Positions 24,381-36,982 of a DNA stretch of 64,000 bases are shown here, piece after piece. Within the stretch, counting starts at the first letter, position 1. Each line of letters begins with the position of its first letter. Origin of the DNA: Malacoraja senta. Its lineage: Eukaryota. A program made the translations under genes and the position numbers. The stretch lies in contig CM075998.1 in assembly GCA_038087875.1 (NCBI GenBank), forward strand, positions 7,008,001 through 7,072,000, written 5' to 3'. The notes under the pieces are model-generated. The model saw only the letters and a list, made by a program, of their open reading frames with translations, was not told the origin of the DNA and searched no databases.

Positions 24381-25822
24381 ATCTGATATCTGTCATAAGC
24401 CAGTTTTATTTTCTTTATATCTTTGATCAAACAGGCTCTGACTTTAATTGCCTTACCTTCCTCTTTTATCGGAATCCGAATATTCCTTGATTATTTCTAA
24501 ACATCACCAATATAAAGGCCTCCCGTTGTGTCCTCCTATCTCATTAAATGTCTTGTGTCTATGTATGAGCACTAACCATGTTTTAGCCCTTGTACTCTCT
24601 CTTAGAATGGTTTAGATAGGACAAGACATTTTTTGCTTGTGTGATTTGTCTTTCCCAATCCTAGCATCCCTCCTGCAAATAGCCTCCTGCAAATAGCTGA
24701 TGATCCTGCAATAAATGAATGGTACCACATCAGTAACAGCCTACCAAGTTGAAAATCACCAGTTTGTCATTATTGTTTTCATTCTTTTATTCTGTTAACC
24801 AATACCATTATATTGTCCCCGATCCCATATTTTGTGTGACTACCTTGTATGAGATGCTTCATCAATTGTCTTCTGGAAATCCAAATCCATTTGTTTTTCT
24901 TCATCTACCCTGCTAATTACATCCTCAGCTTTGTCAAACACCCCTTTTCTTCCATAAAACCATGTTGTCACTAGTACCATCTTTTTAGGCAGTCCCTTGG
25001 CATCGAGGATGACTTGTTTCCAGCCCCAAATTCCCTGGGTCTTGAAGTGACTGACAACACTAGTGTGGGATTCCCAGACTCCACTGCCGATTAAGTAATA
25101 GGTGACTGACTGGGTAGCTTCTAAAGTGGTCAGTTCCTTCCACAATGTACGCACAGTTTTGTGCCCCTGACCCATGGACATGATTTTTTTAATATCATCG
25201 TGAATACTTCACTTTAAACATTCATGGGCCACAGATTTTCAAGAGCAGTGGGCATGTTGCCTTTTCTTTTCTGAAGGCATGATTGAATGCATCCGTAAAT
25301 TTTTCTCTCCGTGCCTGATAATCTCCTCTTGTGACATAGCTTGGGGTTGATTTTTTGTTTCTGGTGCTGGGCATGAGAGTGATGCTGCCTTCTCAATGGA
25401 GCCAACTGAATGTAAATAGAGCTTCATTGCTGGGAATGTTGGCTTGGAAGAGAACACTAACATTGGTTCACTTATCCATCAAGTGAATTTGAAGGATTTT
25501 GCAGTGACATAGTTAGTGGTATTTTATCTCGTACCTTAAGGTGTCGGCTGCAGGTAATCTGCAAGAAGATAATGATCACTGCTGTCCAGTAAACCATGAG
25601 TTTGTGTCGTAGAACATGGAATCGGGTTCTTTGGCCCATCTTGTGTATGCCAGTTTGCATACTGGGTTAGAGAGTCTGCATATGGACCATAGCTCTCAAA
25701 ACCCTTCCTATCCATATATCTGTCCAAATGTCTTTTAACATCTGTAATTGTATGTGCTACTCTAGCTACTGGAGTCTGAAGGAAATTTACTGCATTTTAT
25801 TAATATTTAAAAAACTTTTCAG

Positions 25823-25939
25823 CATCACTCAAGAAGAGTATACGAAATTCTACGGCTGCGAGTGACCAACATGAGTGATGCAGTGCAAAGCAGCGAGTAC
25901 CGGTTGGATGTGAAACGCAGACTTGCCATTCCTTTTAAG
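25823..25939 (+). CDS. HAT1: HAT1-like penultimate coding exon (117 nt)
   Basis: acttttcag| HHSRRVYEILRLRVTNMSDAVQSSEYRLDVKRRLAIPFK |gtattt; matches HAT1 HARRVYEILRL...YRLDIKRRL. Confidence 0.96.
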
Positions 25940-26458
25940 GTATTTAGGACAATGTTTCTCTTCCCTGGATTACTGTTAGAGAGAGTGGAGCTGAAGCGGA
26001 ACGGGTGGTGTGGTGGTAGTGTGTCTCTCCCCCCCCCCCCCCCCCTCTCCCCAGTGAAATGTTGTCTTTGCTTACTCCAATGCTGTTTGCCATTGATACC
26101 ATCACCGCATCATTTTGTTGCTTTTAAAATTACTTTAGTCAGGCAACTATAATCAGCAGCCTTTCTCAAATCTTGGTTACGCAATTTCCTTATCAACTTC
26201 GGGAACCCAAGTTTCCCTCCAAGTCAAACTTGGAAATAATTCACGTCCTTCAAATCTAGAACACTCTCCCAACAACATTGTGGGAGCACCTTCAACAGAA
26301 GGACTGCAATGGTTCAAGAAGGTGGCTCACCATCATCTTCTCGAGTAATCAGGATGGGGAATAAACTCTAGCCAATTATCAATCATTTCAAAAAAGGACT
26401 TTCTAAATACCTAGAAGATTCACCTGAACCTGAGGATAAACTCCTGAGTGACGTCACC

Positions 26459-26491
<33 letters not shown>

Positions 26492-26645
26492 TTATTCAAA
26501 AGCCGGGTCGTCGACTGAAGACCAAAGATCATAGCTGAAGACTGTGGCGGCCCAACTCGCGGTCCTTTGGTCGACGCTTGCCTGCTTGCGCCTCTGCTCA
26601 TCCCCCTCTCTCCCCCCCCCTCTCTGATGGGGATGGAGGAAAAGG

Positions 26646-28103
26646 ACTGGCTGGAGTTTTTACGGACATTTTCAACCTCTCACTTCTGAGGTCTGAGGTT
26701 CCCACCTGCTTTAAAAGGGCATCAATTATACCGTTGCCCAAGAAGAGTAAGGTGACGTGCCTCAATGACTATCGACCTGTGGCACTAACGTCTGTGGTGA
26801 TGAAGTGCTTTGAGAGGTTGATCATGGCGTAAGTCAACTCGTACCTCGACAAAAACCTGGACCCACTGCAGTTCGCTTACCGCCACAACAGATCAACGGT
26901 GGATGCGATCTCACTGGCCCTCCACTCTGCTCTGGACCACTTGGACAACAAAAACTCATATGTCAGACTGTTATTCTTTGACTGCAGCTCGGCATTTAAT
27001 ACCATCATCCCCTCCAAGCTGGTTACCAAGCTCTCAAATCTGGGTCTCTGCGCATCCCTCTGCAATTGGATCCTCGACTTCCTCATTCACAGACCACAGT
27101 CTGTTCGTATTGGTGGAAATGTGTCATCCTTGATAACAATCAGCACGGGAGCACCTCAAGGCTGCGTGCTCAGCCCCCTGCTGTACTCACTCTATACTCA
27201 TGACTGCGTAGCCGGTCATAGTGCGAACTCCATCATCAAGTTTGCCGACGACACCACTGTTGTGGGACGTATCACTGATGGGGACAAGTCAGAGTATAGA
27301 AGTGAGTCGACCGATTGACCAAATGGTGCCAGCACAATAACCTGGCTCTCAACACCAGCAAAACCAAGGAACTGTTGTGGACTTCAGAAGTGGTAGGATG
27401 GGGACCCACAGTCCCGTTTATATGGTGGAAAAAGTCAAGAACTTCAAATTCCTGGGCGTGCATATTTCCGAAGATCTCTCCTGGTCCCAGAACACTGATG
27501 CAATCATAAAGAAAGCACATCAGCGCCTCTACTTCCTGAGAAGATTACAGAGAGTCATATGTCAAGGAGGACTCTCTCGAACTTCTACAGGTGCACAGTA
27601 GAGAGCATGCTGACCGGTTGCATCGTGGCTTGGTTCGGCAACTTGTGCGCCCAGGAGTGGAAAAGGCTGCAGAAAGTTGTAAACACTGCCCAGTCCATCA
27701 TCGGCTCTGACCTCCCTACCATCGAGCGGATCTATCGCAGGCGCTGCCTCAAAAAGGCTGCCAGCATCATCAAGGACCCACACCATCCTGGCCACACACT
27801 CATCTCCACGCTGCCATCAGATAGAAGGTACAGGAGCCTGAAATCTGCAACATCCAGGTTCAGGAACAACTTATTCCCCACAGCCATCAGACTATTAAAC
27901 ACAACTTCAAACAAACTATGAACTGTAACAGCCTATTGCACTTTATCTGTTTATTTATGTGTGTATATATATTCTATGGTTATATGGACACACTGATCTG
28001 TTCTGTATTTATTTATGTCTACTATATTCTGTTGTGCTGCAGCAAAGCAAGAATTTCATTGTCCTATCTGGGACACATGACAATAAACTCTCTTGACTTG
28101 ACT
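26646..28103 (+). mobile_element. Rex1/Babar-clade LINE, 5'-truncated
   Basis: [56 protein letters not shown]; tail TGACAATAAA followed by (CTTGA)n. Confidence 0.9.
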
Positions 28104-28437
28104 TATGGCAATGATTTTACTGAACGATAGGATCTGATTTTTCAATGTCTTTGTTGCACGACCAGTACTGTAACCAGTTAATTACAACACCCATTTATTG
28201 TTTGTCTCAAAGGTCAAGAGTTGAATAGATTGTTCCTTTTTGTTTTGAGAAATCTTCTAAAGTAATGATTTGTATGATTGTAACACATCCAGATGTTTCT
28301 CCTCCACCCAGTTTTCTCCTCTGGCGTTGCTGTTAGTGTTGAGTTTGTCCTGCAGTCTTATTTCAATCTAAAGTTATTCTGTTACCCTGTCCATTATTCT
28401 CACTCTGATCTTTCCTCTGAATGATTTGCCTATTGCC

Positions 28438-29790
28438 CCAACCGTTCTACAGAGGATGCCATCTCTACCACGCTGCACACAGTGCTCACACATCTGGAAA
28501 ACAGAAACACATACGCCAGAATCCTGTACATTGACTTCAGCTCAGCGTTCAACACCATCATCCCACAGAGACTTGTGGAGAAACTAACCCTGCTGGGCCT
28601 CAACACCACCCTGTGTCACTGGATCTTGGACTTTCTGACAGAGAGACCGCAGTCAGTCTGTGTTGGCAAGAACACTTCAGGCTCGATCACGCTGAGCACC
28701 GGCTCACCTCAAGGCTGTGTGCTCAGCCCGCTGTTGTTCACATTGCTCACACATGACTGTGCTGCCAGATTCAGGGACAATAAGATCATAAAATTCGCGG
28801 ATGACACAACAGTGGTGGGACTCATCAGCGGAGATGATGAATCAATGTACAGGGAGGAAGTAAAACAACTAGTGGGACTGGTGCGGCAAAAATAATCTAG
28901 AATTAAATGTCGACAAAACAAAGGAGATGGTTGTCGACTTCAGGAGGGCGTAGCCAAAGCATACACCCCTTAACATCAGTGGCGCCACAGTGGAGAGAGT
29001 GGAGAGCATAAGGTTCCTCGGGGTGCAAATTACAGACAACCTCACCTGGTCCAGGAACACCACTGGGACCGTCAAACGGGCCCATCAGCGACTGCACTTC
29101 CTGAGGAAACTAAAACAGGCCTCACTCCCCACCAACATCCTCAGGACTTTCTACAGGGGTACGGTGGAGTCTGTACTCACGTACTGCATAAATACGTGGT
29201 ACTCCACCTGCAACTGCTCGGGCATGAAGGCTCTGCAGAGGGTAGTGAGGGGGGCAGAGATCATTGGCGTCTCCCTACCCTCGGTACAAGAACTGTTCCA
29301 GAGCCGCTGTCGGAAAAAATCTCAGAGAATTGCTAAGGACAAACTGCACCCCCTCCACATACACCTGGATCTCCTGCCATCAGGCAAGAGATATCGCAGC
29401 ATCAAAGCCCTGACTACAAGACTGCGAAACAGCTTCCTGCCATATGCTGTGAGGCTGCTAAACAGCCACTCTGTACTCACAGTCACCTGATTCTGCGGCT
29501 TGGCACGGACACTATAATAACTGGCACTGGCCACTTCAATAACTGGCACTGGCCACTCAAATCAGCCACCCTGGACATGTTTATGATTGGTTTTACTGTA
29601 TTTTAACGTTGTTTTCTACCTACCTTTTAACTATTTATACTGTTCCATCAGGGACTGGATTGTTTTTAGTGTTATTATGTGTGAAATGTTTTAAATTTCA
29701 TGTGCGATGCTCCGGTATTCCCTGGGAAACGTCTTTTCATTTTGCAATGTACAACTGTTGCTTGCAAGATGACAATAAAGGTTGATTTGG
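28438..29790 (+). mobile_element. Second Rex1/Babar-clade LINE (different subfamily), 5'-truncated
   Basis: ORF 28482-28895 [11 protein letters not shown]...[13 protein letters not shown]...KFADDTT and ORF 28990-29490 RLHFLRKLK...PSGKRYR. Confidence 0.9.
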
Positions 29791-29968
29791 ATTCTATAGA
29801 CCATATCGTGACTATTCACTGTGGCAAAACTTTGTTTCACCAACCATGTAGTATGACCCAAAGGAAAGGGAGAAAATGATGTCATTCCTTTTGCTGTATA
29901 TTATTCGGGGACCGAAGTACAGAGACATATTTTATAGTTTTTTTAACTTTCTTGTTTCATTTTCTCAG

Positions 29969-30133
29969 AAAAATAAGAAAGAAGCAACACGTCTATCTCG
30001 CTTGATGCCTGAAGATTGGCTTGCACAACAGGCAGAGATGAGTTTGAGCCAAGAGCAGGAGTATTTGGAAGAGACCTACCAGAGCACCGTGGAACAGTAC
30101 CGACGTATCCTGGAGCGCTTGGCACGCATCTAA
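29969..30133 (+). CDS. HAT1: HAT1-like last coding exon (165 nt including stop)
   Basis: tttctcag| KNKKEATRLSRLMPEDWLAQQAEMSLSQEQEYLEETYQSTVEQYRRILERLARI*; resembles the HAT1 C-terminus YRRVIERLA. The six exons join in frame (768 nt, 255 aa plus stop). Confidence 0.93.
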   Translation, partial: KNKKEATRLSRLMPEDWLAQQAEMSLSQEQEYLEETYQSTVEQYRRILERLARI

Positions 30134-30890
30134 TTATTTTGCAATTCTTTCCCTTGTCTGTGTAAGAGTCTAATTAGTTGACTTATGGTTAATAACGTGG
30201 CTGCATTGTAGTCTGTGGTCAAGAGACTCTTGCCAATCACAATCAGTAAGTGGCTTTCCATTGAAATTGAAGCACTTGAATCAATGTGAAGCCTTTCTCT
30301 GTTACAGTGTATACTTTGCTTAAAATGATCAGACATCAGTACAAACATTAATATCTTTTTAAAATGTGTATATAGAAGCACTGTACTATATTTTTAGAAA
30401 CATATTTACTGTTTTACTTCTGGAATGTCGAGCTGCATTGAATGATTTTGGTGGGAGACAAAGGCTAGTGGACTCTGAAGATGTTCACTTTAGCAGAGAA
30501 AGGCACTGTCCTGTCCACCAGCTATGCTTTTTTGGCATTAGATAAAAGCATAAAAAAAACATTTCAGTTTGTCTGATTTGATTTATTTTTGGAACTTGAG
30601 AGTTCTGCAATGAGTTATGCCTTAGTTTTGAATCACTATTTACTACTGGTAAAGATAAATATACTGAATACTTTCTTATCCAGGTTAAAAAATATATAAT
30701 GAAGGGTGATACAGCCCTCACAGCGGGCATTGCTGGTACAATCACTAATACTGGAATGCTACCACCAGTGAATAGTGTGTAAAGTAATAGTAGATGCAGA
30801 GTTTTTTTAAATCTTCACACATCTGGTGAGACTGGTATTTGCACTCCATTGGCCTTTAGCCTTTGGACATTAATTCAACCTATATTGTGG

Positions 30891-30896
30891 AATAAA
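30891..30896 (+). terminator. Candidate polyadenylation signal for HAT1-like
   Basis: AATAAA about 760 nt after the stop, followed by GT-rich sequence. Confidence 0.5.
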
Positions 30897-33052
30897 GCGT
30901 CCTGTGTATCTGCATGGTGGTATATGACTACTGTGTAAAATGAGTTTCAATATTCAGTCTGGTCAGAAGTGCATCTGGTATATGTCACATTGTAGCAGTG
31001 TTAAAAAGGCCCAGATAGTATCCAGAAAGTTGTACTTTTTCTAACTTGTCTGTATCTACCCTTGGAGTTTTTGCTAGTGTTTCTGAGATGTACAGAATTC
31101 TATTTCCACCACCAACAGCTCTCACTTTGGATAGAAGAATGCTCACTTGATGAACTTGCAGGATATCTGCTCTTTTGCTTCTGTCTTGCTTTAATCATGA
31201 AGCTCACTAACCAGTTTTTGTTCCATGATATCTCATGCATGCATGAGCCAGGCTCTTAAATGAGCTGCTGTGAAGGTACTTTTGCAGAGTTTTGTGCATC
31301 GTCGAGGGGCCTTTGATGTAAGTCACAAATCTTAACATTGGAATTCTGGACTCTCGTTAGCAGTAATAGTTTCAGCAACATCTCGTAAATAAGCACATTG
31401 CGGTGCTTCATAATTAACATTTTATTTTCTCTCATCTTTTCAAGCAGACAAGAACAGCAAGTTTTTTTTTGACAGTATATTAACAATCCTTCAGTAACCT
31501 AACGAGCAATAGATTCATTTATGCAAAAAGTGCAGTTGTATGACTGAATGTGATTAAAATTATTGCCTGGAAATTGGATTTCAACCTTCTTTGCTGTGCT
31601 AAACAACTGCTGATGCCCAATTGAAAGCCCCATTAAAAAAAAAAAGTGACTGGCCAAATGTATGTTAAATATTGCACTATTGTGTTTGCACATGCATCAT
31701 GCAGTCACAGTTGTGTAGTTTGTGTTGGCACCTCTTGGAAAGTTTGCAACTACTGCACTGATCACTGGGAAGGGTGTCAGATTTTAAATACTCCCCATGG
31801 CAGCCACAAAACTAGTTGGTAAAAGGCTAACACTGGGGTGAAGGAAAATACAGGGAAAACAGGCGGGGCGGGGGTGGGGGTTGTGTGTGTGTGAATACCC
31901 CTGTGTAATCTGTCGTGATCCAGTCCCATGCTGAGTTGACCTATGCCATTGCAGGCTGCAGATCAATCAATGAGGCAGAGACCACAGTTCTAATGTGCAT
32001 GGTATCAAAAAAGCTGCAATCAGTAATGTAGCTATCAGATGCTTTACTCATAACCATGTTTCCTTACAATGTAAAAGGAGCATCCAGAAAAAACCCACAT
32101 GGTCACAGGGAGAAGGTGCAAACTCCACACAGACATTTCAGCCCCTGCAACAATCCATCATCCCTGTCAACTATGTTCCCATCAACTTTCATCCGATCCT
32201 ACCACTCATCTGTAATTTACAGAAGCCAATTAACCTACCAACATACATGGAGCACCTGGAGGAAACCCACACGGAGAACATGCATACTCCACACAAACAG
32301 CACCTCAGGTCAGGATTGAACTTGGACCTCTGAAACTGTGAGAATTATGTCATTGTGCCATCACAAGCAAGTATTGTTGGTTGCACCCAAAAGCTCCAAT
32401 TTATGCCAGCATTGGAGGAAACTCAGGACATATTCGTGATAGCTCGGTGGATGTAAGATTTGAAACAAGTGCCCTGACCAATTTCTATATGGGAGTGATT
32501 TAAAGACAGAAATGATCACTGATGCAATCTAACCTGTATAAAAACAGTTTTCCACATGATTTGTGTGTGAAAAGTGGCCACTAAAGCGTCCGTGTATTTG
32601 TAAGGCCAGGTATTCTGTATCAATATGAAACTTAAAAGGTGCTTTTTCTTAATCAGTACCTACTGGATCCAGACTTCTCGTTAAATTCCAGTTTTCATTT
32701 TGGATGTTTGGATTCGAGTGGTACTTGAACTTAAGAGCCTGAGTTAACAGTCTAAAACTTTAGCTGCTCATCCAGTGACCTTATTCACTATACTACCCTA
32801 TTCTCTTGAACCTCTGTTATAAGATTAGTCCAGCTGGGAATCAATTATTTAAAAAAAAAAACAGGATCTAACATGCAAGCACAAAGGGAACAACTGGTAT
32901 AATTTAATGGTTCAAGTGGTTCAATTGTCACATATGCAACTGCACAGTGAAATTGTTTTTGCATATATTCCACATTTTTGATGCCATTATTCAAAGTCCG
33001 GTCGGCCCGCATACTCTATGTACTGAAGCAGTTCCCACTGACATCCCTTGGT

Positions 33053-33355
33053 TTGGATAGAGTGGATGTGGAGAGGATGTTTCCACTAGTGGGAGAGTCA
33101 AGGACCAGAGGTCCTAGCCTCAGAATTAAAGGATGTTCCTTTAGGAAGGAGAGGTGGAGGAATTTCTTTAGTCAGAGGGTGGTGAATCTGGAATTCTTTG
33201 CCACAGACAGCTGTGGAGGCCAAGTAAGTGGATATTTTTAAGGTAGAGATGGATAGATTCTTGATTAGTACGGGTGTCAGGGGTTATGGGGAGAAGGCAG
33301 GAGAATGGGGTTAGAGGGGAGAGATAGATCAGCCATGATTGAATGGCGGAGTAGA
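33053..33355 (+). mobile_element. CR1 3' fragment
   Basis: LDRVDVERMFPLVGESRTRG...FFSQRVVNL plus the CR1 3' UTR. Confidence 0.85.
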
Positions 33356-34722
33356 CTATCACATGACCTTATGATTCCTTGCCTGGCCATCTTTGTGTCC
33401 TGGGGATTTCCTGCAGCCGTCCTTGAAGGTGCTAGAGGCATTAATTACCCCGGTTCACCGTCCGACCAACATTTGGTCCTCGTGTCTGCCGTCTCCAGCT
33501 CCCCCCCCCGGTTCTGCCGAGCCGTCTTACAGGAAGCTCTGAGAAGATTGCTTTCTTCTTTAACTGTCTTTCCTGCTATCATAATTGACGGAGCCCTTAA
33601 CCACTATTTCCCACAGGTTTGGTCTCCTTTAGTAAAATTAGTCCTTCCCCTTTCCCTCCTTGATGCAGCATGGAGACGGTTCTTCTGTTTTCACTTTCCA
33701 TCCCATCAGCGTCCACATTCAATAGAACATCCACAATTTTAACCTACTTTATTTAGATTCCTCCACCAGATATATGTTCCCTTTCCCTCCTTGTTGAGCA
33801 TTCCAAAGGTATTTAGGACTGGTCTGCTCATCTACCCCCACCAGGCGGGTTCCTGGTTCCAGGACGGTCGAGCCTCGCCTTCTGTCGGGTGTGGCTGTGG
33901 CTCGGCGAGACCCTTGAGCAATAAGCCACTAGGGTAATTCACAGCGGCTAATTGACCTACCCTCCGATGTGAGAGGAAAGCAGGCACCCAGAGGAAACCC
34001 CATGGTCATAGGATAACACGCAAACTCTACACAGGCAGCACCCCGAGGTGAGAAGCGAGCATTAGCCCCCTGGAGCAGTGAGGCAGCTGCTCCACTGTGT
34101 TGCCTGATATATTAAACAGAGGGCTTGTTCAGGCTATGTCCTGTGCCTTAAAGCCCAAAGCAAGAATCATAGCTCAGACTCGAACCACTTGGTGACCCTG
34201 CGGTCAGGTGGAATCAGCCAAGCTTATTGAACATGGAGATGTTCTGGCAGCTCAGAACAATGGTGCTTCGCCGCAGGTCGGGCGCTGCCTCCTGGACCCC
34301 GCTGCTCGGCGGCGGCCGACTAGGATTCCAGAGCATCGCCGATGCCTTACATCAGCTCCTGATCCCCCGCCGCCTGTCCGGAGAATGTGACCGACGTTGG
34401 CTGAGCTGAAGATGGGATCCAGCCACTCTCACAAAACGCCGGTGGTACGACGAGGACGGTAAGAACACTCAGTTCACTCAACGCAAACTTTAAGTAATTT
34501 GTTCCTTGCGCCCGCGGAAATCCCCGCTCCAATCCATCCCAACCACGGCGCAAAAGTCGAATGTGTAGGAAGTCTGAAGGAGGGTCTTCTATCCAGAGAT
34601 GCTGCCTGTCCCGCTGAGCTACTCCAACAATTTGTGTCTATCTTCGGTACAAAAGTGCAAGGTGCCTTAAACTATCTGAAACGGAACCCACCAAATACCC
34701 TTCAGCAATAAGCCACTATGAG

Positions 34723-36768
34723 TAGCAATGTTACAAAATTTTGAGATTTTAAAAAGCAAGTCTGCAATTTATCCCATCAGATAAAGACGTTTAATTTGAC
34801 ACCTAATTCACTTTCATATCTTCAGTATTAAAAAGGTTATGGCCATTTTCATACTCGGAAATTAGCATATTGTTCCCTATTGCTTTTCCATTGACTTAAC
34901 ACAAAAGCTGTGATCGAGGACAGTCAAAAGCCCATAACTTTCTTAAAAATTAAGAGCTGAAAGAAATTTTCAGTTATTATAGATTGAAGCATTCTGAAAC
35001 TAATATGAAACAATCTTAGGTACACAAAAATGCTGGAGAAACTCAGCGGGTGCAGCAGCATCTATGGAGCGAAGGAAATAGGTAACGTTTCAGGCCGAAA
35101 CCCTTCTTCAGACTGATAGGGGGTGGGGAGAAGAAAGGAAAAAAGGAAAAGGAGGAGGAGGAGCCCGAGGGTTGGGGGAGGGGAGGAGACAACCAGATGG
35201 CTGATGAAGGGGAGGGGACAGCCAGGGCTAGCAGAATTGGGAGAATTCAACGTTCAGGCCACCAGGGTGTAGACTGCCCAAGCGGAATATGAGGTGCATT
35301 TCCTCCAATTTACGGTGTTGCTCGCTGTGGCCATGGAGGAGACCCAGGACAGAGAGGTCAGATACGGAATGGGAGGGGGAGTTGAAGTGCTGAGCCACCG
35401 GGAGTTCAGGTTGGTTATTGCGGACCGACCGGAGGTGTTCGGCGAAACGATCGCCAAGCCTCCGCTTGGTCTCACCGATGTAGATCAGCTGGCATCTAGA
35501 GCAGCGAATGCAATAGATGAGGTTGGAGGAGATGCAGGTGAACCTCTGTCGCACCTGAACGACTGCTTGGGTCCTGGAATGGAGTGGAGGGGGGAAGTGA
35601 AGGGACAAGTGTTGCATCTCTTGCGGTTGCAAGGGAAAGTACCAGGGGAGGGGGTGGTATGGGAGGGAAGGGAAGAATTGACAAGGGAGTTACGGAGGGA
35701 GCGGTCTTTGCGGAAAGCAGACATAGGGGGAGATGGGAAGATGTGGCGAGTGGTGGGGTCACGTTGGAGGTGGCGAAACTGACGGAGGATCACTTGTTGT
35801 ATGTGACGGCTGGTGGGGTGAAAGGTGAGGACTAGGGGGACTCTGCCTTTGTTGTGAGTGGGGGGATGGGGAGAGAGAGCGGTGTTGCGGGGTATGGCAG
35901 AGACCCTGGTGCGAGCCTCATCTATGGTGGAGGAGGGGAACCCCCGTTCCCTGAAGAATGAGGACATTTCAGATGCCCTGGTGTGGAACGCCTCATCCTG
36001 GGAGCAGATGCACTCTTATGAAACAATCTTACTTAGATGACATGAAATTAAAGCATATAATGAGTTAGTTACCTAATTGTAGCTAATTACAAAATTCAAT
36101 TACTAGATCTAAACATCTATCAATTTCTTAAGAATAGATTAACATTTTTAAATAGCCTAAGTGTGCAAATAACATTCACACAAGAATTCACAATATAACA
36201 TAATTTTTAAATCTCATTGTCATGGATTTATAGGCCAAATGGAAGGAATTTAATCTTTAATACCTGTAAATTAATGGCCATTTAAATCATCTTGCGAGTG
36301 GGTTTTTCAGGAACACGATCATTTGGAACGTTGCGGTTGCGGTGAATTTAAACCCGTATCGGCATGAAAAATACTGCCGGTTCGTTCGGGGAAAAAAATC
36401 ACCGTTTCGCAACTTAAAATGTGAATTAAAGGCATCTTAAGGAGCACTTTTATACATAAAATAACCGGCTTTCGTTTACCTGTCCCGTGCGTGAAATCCG
36501 TCCCTGTTGTCAGCATTGACGGCTTTAGAAGCTTATTTTAAAATTGCTCCAGCGCTGAAATTGTCGGGCGAATTAAAAAAAAAAAATACACAGAACGCCC
36601 GTCGGAACAATTCTTCCGCAAAAGCTTGCACTCCAATGAAATATAATCCAGGACAAGGTAGGAGAAACCCGCGTTTTAACCCCGCCCCCCCTCAAAGGCG
36701 CCAAAATCGCGCACATGGCCAGTGGCAGAATTGCAGCGCCGCTAAAGGTAAGTATTGTAACATACCTA
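34723..36768. mobile_element. Non-autonomous TIR DNA transposon (superfamily uncertain, possibly hAT-like), interrupted by a Penelope element
   Basis: TIR TAGCAATGTTACAAAATT versus right-end reverse complement TAGGTATGTTACAATACT; flanking direct repeat (A)CTATGAG at 34715-34722 and 36768-36775. Confidence 0.75.
35019..36016 (-). mobile_element. Penelope-like element 3' part with GIY-YIG endonuclease
   Basis: FTCISSNLIYCIRCSRCQLIYIGETKRRLGDRFAEH (GIY-YIG) and VPLVLTFHP. 15-bp direct repeat TATGAAACAATCTTA at 35004-35018 and 36017-36031. Confidence 0.92.
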
Positions 36769-36982
36769 CTATGAGGTTGTGGTTGAGAGTTTGGGAGGAA
36801 TTGTAAGCAGCGAGGGAGAAGGTGAAAAACAAAGTGCTGGAGAATATCAGCGCAGGGACGTGCGGTCAGGGGAGGCAGAGCCTCACCTGTCATACTCCCA
36901 ATGAAAATAGCTGTTAAGAAAAGTAAAGAAAAAATAAAATAAAATAAAATAAATATAAAGATTTTCCACTGATCTGTGTTAT

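Noticed and set aside
26440..26645. CRE site TGACGTCA and long poly-C tracts as a promoter
   Set aside because: Low-complexity sequence at the 5' junction of a Rex1 insertion with no associated exon; homopolymer length is unreliable.
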